A stretch of DNA of 64,000 nucleotides from Octopus sinensis (taxonomy: Eukaryota): assembly GCF_006345805.1 (NCBI RefSeq), contig NC_042998.1:11656001-11720000 (forward strand). The letters are read 5' to 3'. This document shows, piece after piece, positions 57,463 to 64,000 of the stretch. The translations under genes and the position numbers were made by a program. Each line of letters opens with the position of its first letter. The first letter of the stretch is position 1. A model generated the notes under the pieces. It did no database searches. It saw only the letters and a list, made by a program, of their open reading frames with translations, and was not told the origin of the DNA.

Positions 57463-57873
57463 ATGGAACAACATTTTCCTAGTCTGGAAACGATAGAGAA
57501 AAAAAAGAACGTTCGCACGGAAAATGCAAACGTAAAATTCGGTGAAATGAACGCTGCAACCACGTGCGTTAACAGCCCTGTCACCACCGCCACCACCACC
57601 ACTAACAACAGCAACCACGAGACAACAACTGCTACCACCACCACCTCCACCACCACCACCACCACCACCACCACCACCACCACTACCACGACCAACATAA
57701 ATGATAAAAATAAAACTGAAACGAAAGCTATTGACAAAAACAACAGCAACAACAAGAACAACAATAAAAATGAACTATCTAATAGTGAAGATGTTAATAC
57801 AAAAAAATCAACAACATCAGTAAATTTCGCAGACATTCTTCGCCAGAAGAAAGAAATAGTAACATTCACATGA
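57463..57873 (+). CDS. ORF1 N-terminal segment (Thr/Asn-rich), joined to the next ORF by an ATGA overlap
   Basis: Ends VNFADILRQKK, similar to NFGSVLKQKK in the second element. Stop overlaps the ATG at 57870. Confidence 0.6.
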   Translation: MEQHFPSLETIEKKKNVRTENANVKFGEMNAATTCVNSPVTTATTTTNNSNHETTTATTTTSTTTTTTTTTTTTTTTNINDKNKTETKAIDKNNSNNKNNNKNELSNSEDVNTKKSTTSVNFADILRQKKEIVTFT

Positions 57874-59210
57874 ATGTTCACTATGAAGAGCTCATAGAGA
57901 CAAGAGCTCTCTTTACAACCCGTGGACAAGATTTAGTGCTGCATACACCTCGACATATAAAACAAGAAATAGAAAATAAGACAATTGTATATAAAATTAT
58001 TAGAAAAAACAAAAAACCAAATGAACAGATTACAAAAACTGATGTGGAGAAATGTTTAAAAAACATAATGAAAGAAAAAGAGTATATAAACTGGGGTCCC
58101 CAGTTTAACACAGTAGTGGTCCGCTTCCCTAACCAGGAAGTGGCAAAAGCTCACTCTACTGAGTCTCTGGGAAATGATGAAATCATCATGGTCCCTTATT
58201 ATAAAAACCAGAGGGTGAGTAGAATTACTATCAGAAATGTACCCCCCGATATGCCGAACAAATGGATAACAGGGGCAATCTGTTACCACTTGAAAAAGAT
58301 CAATATTTTAGAAACAGCCGTGTACCTAAACGACAATTGGGGTGGAAAAACAGTAGTAGTGACCATCCAGATTGAGGGGGCCTCTATCGAGAGCCTACCC
58401 GACAAGATATACTTGGAGAATGGGCAATGCCTATATGTTATGGCAGAAGGCAAAAAGCCTAGATGCTACAAATGTGGCAGCCCCGAACATTTGATTGCCA
58501 AGTGCGATCTGGTACAGAAAAAACAAGAAAGAACAAATCAGAAAACAAATAAAATCCCTTTGTTGCCAACACCAACACCAACACACTCAATTATGGAACA
58601 ATGCCAAGAAAAACAACAAACCAGCAAACAAATCCCAACAACATCACCAAGAAAAACAGTACCAACACAATCACCGTTGACTTCACAACCAATTAAACCT
58701 GTTGAATTAACAAAAAATAGACCCACGCCCACACCCAGGACGACAATTAAAAAGACAGAAAACACTGACGAAAAGACAAATGCTACCCCTAACACCACAA
58801 CAACACAAACACCGCACAAAACATCAACAATTTATACAAGCATACATAGTAATGCAAATGTTTTGCCTCTACCCCATACTGATACGTCGGACGACGAAAG
58901 TTCGACGGAATGGCAAATAGCCACAGGGGGTAAAAGAAAAAGATCCAAAAAATCCACCAAACAAGGAAGTAAAGCAGGGAGATATCTAACTCAGGACAAC
59001 ATCCCCCTAGACAATAAAAAAAGTAATGAACCCGTAAAACCACACACACAACTAACTGCAATAGACACAGACAATAAAGAATTAATGGACTACATCAAAT
59101 CTAACATGGTCGTCTGTGAAGATGACTTTAAGACAAACAATCATCCGCACACCACACCACCGAAACACATCAGAATTTTACACATAACACAAGCAACCAC
59201 CAGATACTGA
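57870..59210 (+). CDS. ORF1 gag-like nucleic-acid-binding protein
   Basis: RRM-like segment (RITIRNVPPDM), CCHC knuckle CYKCGSPEHLIAKC, Pro/Thr-rich tail and WQIATGGKRKR motif. Confidence 0.85.
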   Translation: MNVHYEELIETRALFTTRGQDLVLHTPRHIKQEIENKTIVYKIIRKNKKPNEQITKTDVEKCLKNIMKEKEYINWGPQFNTVVVRFPNQEVAKAHSTESLGNDEIIMVPYYKNQRVSRITIRNVPPDMPNKWITGAICYHLKKINILETAVYLNDNWGGKTVVVTIQIEGASIESLPDKIYLENGQCLYVMAEGKKPRCYKCGSPEHLIAKCDLVQKKQERTNQKTNKIPLLPTPTPTHSIMEQCQEKQQTSKQIPTTSPRKTVPTQSPLTSQPIKPVELTKNRPTPTPRTTIKKTENTDEKTNATPNTTTTQTPHKTSTIYTSIHSNANVLPLPHTDTSDDESSTEWQIATGGKRKRSKKSTKQGSKAGRYLTQDNIPLDNKKSNEPVKPHTQLTAIDTDNKELMDYIKSNMVVCEDDFKTNNHPHTTPPKHIRILHITQATTRY

Positions 59211-59395
59211 AAACAATATTTCCGAATGCGGTAGGCGGGTATCAACGATACCTGTCGAAAAAACTATACAAACACCTCATCAAAAACGATACAAAAGAAG
59301 AAGAAGAAAAAAATGAAACTTTTAAAATGAGTAAGTGACCTCACTTCTTGCCTCTTGTCTCTTCTAATATAGTGTGTAAAACACAATTTTCGTAA

Positions 59396-62300
59396 ATGTC
59401 AAGCATGCTTAAATTAGGTTTTGTGAATGCGCGTGGCTTGGCGTCGGCTTGGAAGCAAGGTTACCTTCTAAACGACATCAAGTCACTGGACGTGGATATA
59501 GTAGCTATCAGTGAAACCAGACTCAGTAAGCCGCGGGCCCTCGAGTCCATGTTTGGCAATCAATTTGACATTTATTTTTCTCCCTGTCTGCCGAACATGG
59601 GTGGTGGAGGTACTGCGGTGCTTTTTCGAAAGTGTCTAAAGGTAAAAGTAAGAGCAATATTCCTAGACCCGGAGGGTGGGCTGGTTGTCTTGGACGTGGA
59701 TGGCAGAAATGGGTGTGCATTCCGTCTGATGGCAGTTTATGCACCGTCCTTAACGGGTCGGGCGGATTTCTTCAGACGTCTAGAGGTTTTCCTGGGTACG
59801 TCTAGACCTTTACTGTTAGTAGGGGATTGGAACGCTACCTTGGACACGCATCTAGATTATGTGGGAAGGGATAGGAATAGAAGGGGGTGTAAGAGCCTCA
59901 AAGACCTGCTCAGACGTTTCCATTTGTCTGACAGGTTCCGACTCGACCATCCGAACGTGCCAACGTGGACTTGGACAAACCGCGTCGGATCGTCGAGATC
60001 TTATCTAGATAGAATTCTATGCAGGACAGCGGATAGGGATAGTGTAGGATGTCCACAATTTAAAATAGTCAGCTACACAGATCACAAATTTGTTACGTGT
60101 ACGCTCGACTTAGATAAAACACATAGGCAGGGTCCCGGTTACTGGAAACTGAACACGTCGCTGTTAGCGCGACAGGTTTACAGGAACCGGATTAGCGAGT
60201 TAATTAAGAGGGCGCTGACGGGAGCGGTCGTTAACAACCGCTGGTGGTACGCCCTGAAAATGGCAATAAAATCGGAATCAATTAGGTTTAGCAAGGAATT
60301 AGCGATAGAACGAAATAGAGTAGAGGGAGACTTAGTTAAGAAACTAGAAGAGGCACTTACCGCTGGCAGCGCAACCAACGTGCTGGCTGCGAGGATGGCC
60401 CTCGACCAACACCTCAACGCCAAGCACGAAGGTTGCGTCGTCAGAGCTAAAATGCGTGCCTTAAGGAACGAAGGGATTGAAGCTGCGCGAGAGGCCCGGG
60501 TAGCGGAGGCGCAGCGTGGCAACAGATCAACCATTCGGTCTCTAATAGATCAACAGAGATGCAGTTTACTCGAACCCGAAAGGATGTGTGAGGCCTTTCA
60601 ACAGCACTTTGCTCGACTGTTTGGTGCGAGTGGTGGGTCGGAACGAGGGATGGATTTCAGTGCCTACCTGACCGACCTGCCGCAGCTCTCGGCAAGAGAA
60701 GCGGAGTGTTGTGAAAGTCCCATCACAGCCGCTGACGTGTGGGATGCGATGGCGGGCTGCGCGAGGGATAAGTCGCCTGGATTGGATGGTTTACCCTACG
60801 AGCTGTATTGTCGAATGCCAGACTTGTTTGGCGACCTCTTGGCATCAGTCTACTGCAACTGGCAACAAAACGGGAGAATCCCCGGTTTCGTGAGTCGAGG
60901 TGCAGTGACGTTGCTGAAGAAAGACTCAAACAAGGGGAATTTTATAGATAATTTCAGGCCCATCACTCTGCTCAACGCAGATTTGAAAATTTTGGCCAAA
61001 GTAATAGCCGAGAGGTTGGCGCTTGTCATTGGTAAACTGGTCGACAGGGCGCAAACATGCGCCGTGCCGGGCAGAACCATACATGACAACCTCCATCTGA
61101 TGCGCTACATTGTGGACAGGGTAGTTAAGGATCCTGGCATGAGTGGGGCGCTGATAAATTTGGATCAGTCTAAAGCCTTCGATAGGGTCGACCATCGGTA
61201 CTTGGCGGCCGTCCTCAGGGCGGCTGGCTTCGGTCCCGTCTTCCGCGATTGGATCGCTGCCTTGTATAGCGGCATCCGATCGGTGATTCGGGTGAACGGT
61301 CACCTGTCGAAACCGTTTGACATCACGCGTTCGGTCCGTCAGGGGTGTCCCCTGTCGGCGCTTCTGTATGTATTGACTCTCGAGCCGCTACTGCGGAAGC
61401 TAGCGACACTGAGGGGCATCCCACGGGAACTGGGTTGCGGGACGAGCGTGTCGGCATATGCGGACGATGTCACCGTCGTAGTGTCGAGCGACAAACACAT
61501 CAAGATGATAGGCGAGACTCTAAGAAAATACGAAACGGTGACGGGAGCAAAGATTAACCCGGAAAAGTCAGTGGGTTTGCTACTCGGCACCTGGAGAAGC
61601 AAGCCCATGCCGTCCGACTGCGGCTCAGTAGTGGGACGCTGGACGGACGGACCGGTTAAATTGCTCGGGGTCTGGTTCAGTCCGGACCTCCAAATGGATA
61701 AGAACTGGGACGAGATCACGAGTAGAGTGGTCGCTCTCAGCCAAACATGGGCCGAGAGAAAGCTGTCTCTAAAAGGTCGGGCGGAGGTGGCGAACGCGTA
61801 CATCGCATCCGTCATCGATTACCGCCTGACCGTCGTACCTTGTCCCGACGCCACCACCACCACCAAACTGGAAGGCATACTCTTCCGCTTCCTGTGGAAG
61901 GGTGGCGTTCCGATGGTGAGGAAGTCCATTTGCTGTCAACATCCGTTGAATGGAGGACTGGGCATGCCGTGGTTGATGATGCGCAGGCATGCGCTGAGAC
62001 TGCGACATCTCTGGAAATTCATCGACGACGGTGAACAGGTGTGGGCGCCGTTTGTGAGGCGCGATTTCCCGCAGCTCGTCTCACTGACCGAACTGCAAAC
62101 GTGGATCAAAAAGAGACCGAAACTGGGCGATTGGCACCGAGAGTGTCGCCAAGCTCTACAGCAGCTCTGCCGACCGGGGTCAAACTTGTGCAACTTCCAA
62201 ACGACTAAAGCGTTCTATAGAGGACTAGTGGAGGGGAGGTCCGACGACACACTCGGGGCAAACCTGGGCGTCGACGAGGAATTCCTAACCCGCCTGTTCA

Positions 62301-62848
62301 GAACGACGTTCGGGCCGGGGCCTATGGATAACTTCCAGAAATCCCTGGCTTGGCAGTGCTATCGAGACGCACTACCTGTTCGAGAGAAGAGCTACAGACA
62401 CGGTTCGAAAACCATCACCGGACCGACCTGCCCGAGATGCGGTCAGAGCGACGAAACCGTTCTGCACGCACTCGTGCAGTGTCCAGATATTTCAGAGCTG
62501 TGGTCCTTCGTCGAACAGCTGTTGTCACGTGTAGGTCAGGCTCGCCTATCGGCCGAGTCTATTGTGAATATTGTTCCACCACCTTCCTTTAAACGGGAAG
62601 GGAAAACGGTTTTCGTTACGCTGATGGCTATGGCGAAAGAATGTGTGTGGTGGACGCGTTTGAAAGGACTGCAAACAAACACCTTCCTCTCTGGTCAGTC
62701 TCTCGTCAACTTTTTCAAGTACCACTTGAAAATGAGGATGAGAATAGAGAGGAAGGCTTTGTCGAACGAATGTTTTAATAAAAAGTGGGTAAAAGTGGCA
62801 AAAATGGTCAGTATGAAAGACGACACTATTTTAAGCATAAATCTGTAA
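59396..62848 (+). CDS. ORF2: APE endonuclease + reverse transcriptase + C-terminal zinc finger (1150 aa, uninterrupted)
   Basis: APE motifs NARGL, ISET, GDWN, LDRI, TDHK. RT motifs KSPGLDGL, FRPITLLNADLKI, DQSKAFDRVDH, RQGCPLS, AYADD. Zinc finger CPRC..ETVLHALVQC. Confidence 0.97.
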   Translation: MSSMLKLGFVNARGLASAWKQGYLLNDIKSLDVDIVAISETRLSKPRALESMFGNQFDIYFSPCLPNMGGGGTAVLFRKCLKVKVRAIFLDPEGGLVVLDVDGRNGCAFRLMAVYAPSLTGRADFFRRLEVFLGTSRPLLLVGDWNATLDTHLDYVGRDRNRRGCKSLKDLLRRFHLSDRFRLDHPNVPTWTWTNRVGSSRSYLDRILCRTADRDSVGCPQFKIVSYTDHKFVTCTLDLDKTHRQGPGYWKLNTSLLARQVYRNRISELIKRALTGAVVNNRWWYALKMAIKSESIRFSKELAIERNRVEGDLVKKLEEALTAGSATNVLAARMALDQHLNAKHEGCVVRAKMRALRNEGIEAAREARVAEAQRGNRSTIRSLIDQQRCSLLEPERMCEAFQQHFARLFGASGGSERGMDFSAYLTDLPQLSAREAECCESPITAADVWDAMAGCARDKSPGLDGLPYELYCRMPDLFGDLLASVYCNWQQNGRIPGFVSRGAVTLLKKDSNKGNFIDNFRPITLLNADLKILAKVIAERLALVIGKLVDRAQTCAVPGRTIHDNLHLMRYIVDRVVKDPGMSGALINLDQSKAFDRVDHRYLAAVLRAAGFGPVFRDWIAALYSGIRSVIRVNGHLSKPFDITRSVRQGCPLSALLYVLTLEPLLRKLATLRGIPRELGCGTSVSAYADDVTVVVSSDKHIKMIGETLRKYETVTGAKINPEKSVGLLLGTWRSKPMPSDCGSVVGRWTDGPVKLLGVWFSPDLQMDKNWDEITSRVVALSQTWAERKLSLKGRAEVANAYIASVIDYRLTVVPCPDATTTTKLEGILFRFLWKGGVPMVRKSICCQHPLNGGLGMPWLMMRRHALRLRHLWKFIDDGEQVWAPFVRRDFPQLVSLTELQTWIKKRPKLGDWHRECRQALQQLCRPGSNLCNFQTTKAFYRGLVEGRSDDTLGANLGVDEEFLTRLFRTTFGPGPMDNFQKSLAWQCYRDALPVREKSYRHGSKTITGPTCPRCGQSDETVLHALVQCPDISELWSFVEQLLSRVGQARLSAESIVNIVPPPSFKREGKTVFVTLMAMAKECVWWTRLKGLQTNTFLSGQSLVNFFKYHLKMRMRIERKALSNECFNKKWVKVAKMVSMKDDTILSINL

Positions 62849-63144
62849 CCAAAAGAGACAACGAGAAGTAAGGCGACTTACTCGTGTGTTCTTTTTCGAA
62901 TTGCCTGAGGTGACCTTGGTCTTTTTTGTAGGTTTTTCTTTCCAAGGCTACACCTAAACTGTGAACCTTATATATATATATATATTGCTTTTTATACACC
63001 ACACAACCCACAGATCCCTATTGATCAAACGGTTTTTTTTTTTTTTTTTTTGCCCCACCCATCCCACCTCAAAAAGAAAAAATTCTACATTGTATTTCGT
63101 CCATTTTTATTCTGTGTTTAGCACTCTGTGGCTACAATAAAAAG

Positions 63145-63258
<114 letters not shown>

Positions 63259-64000
63259 GATTGGCTGTTGCTCGCATCGTCTCGTGTAAGTTCATATAGT
63301 TTGTCGTGTTTGCTTGTGTATATCGGTATATATTTTTGTCAGAAAGGTTCCTAATAGCATCTGCTTGGCCTTGACGAAGATCACTCCAAAATTCTCCCTT
63401 TTAAGGGCCATTTTTCGTATAGCAAAATCTTATCTCATAAATATTTTTATCTGTCTGGAAAGCAGGCTTGGACAGTTCAGCTAACAGTGGTAGCGTTCCT
63501 GCGCTCCAGTTAGAAACGGAATTCTCTCCATTACTTTCACCGAACACGTCGAACAAAAAGGAAAACGTTGATGCACCCCACCCACACACATATTTGAAAA
63601 ACAAACGTATACTAATGCATCCTCTCCTTCCGAACATGCGGGAAGTGAAGGCAGAAACAATGAAAACATTCATAAAAGAATGAGCAGTGAAACCACGACT
63701 ATCACCACCACGTCTGCCACGAAAACTGCTACCACCAACAACAACGTCACAGACAAACTAAATAATTTTGGTTCTGTTTTAAAGCAAAAAAAATATTTAA
63801 TGTCCTTCCAGATTTGATTCAACATCCAGATGGCACAACCCTACTTGTGACCGTTGAAGACAGAAGGCCACGTTGCTACCTCTGTGGTAACAGGTATCAT
63901 CTAAAAAAAGACTGCCAACTAGCAAAAGAAGAAGAACAACGACAACAACAACAGGAACAACAACAAAACCAAAAACCGAAAGGCAAACCAGCACTGCTAC
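63259..64000 (+). mobile_element. Second, divergent Tx1-like element (5' UTR plus internally deleted ORF1), running off the window
   Basis: From 63781, KAKKIFNVLPDLIQHPDGTTLLVTVEDRRPRCYLCGNRYHLKKDC aligns with ORF1 SLPDKIYLENGQCLYVMAEGKKPRCYKCGSPEHLIAKC. A Thr-rich segment and NFGSVLKQKK lie upstream. Confidence 0.85.

Noticed and set aside
57414-62592. Antisense and alternative-frame ORFs overlapping Tx1 ORF1/ORF2
   Set aside because: Expected shadows of long or GC-rich ORFs, with no recognisable motifs.

Overview
AT-rich, microsatellite-dense animal DNA. The SINE families and repeat landscape suggest an octopus or other coleoid cephalopod (inference). The first ~10.4 kb holds the last coding exon (1298-1456) of an unidentified gene and a CpG-poor stretch that looks like a very long 3' UTR. 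The rest is intergenic and filled with mobile elements: MetaSINE- and CORE-type SINEs, two mariner relics, a Tc1 relic, hAT/piggyBac/Tigger-like MITEs, a Helentron-type element, CR1/RTE/RLE-LINE fragments, and Penelope-like remnants with minimal hammerhead-ribozyme motifs and hairpin insertions. The main highlight is a near-full-length Tx1-clade LINE (57221-63145) with an intact 1150-aa APE-RT ORF2, lying between two (ATCT)n tracts. A second, divergent Tx1 element starts right after it, and a third 3'-end-only copy (16996-17146) also sits between (ATCT)n tracts in the same orientation. Together these suggest a GATA-microsatellite-targeting retrotransposon family. All calls come from manual reading; no searches or alignments were run.
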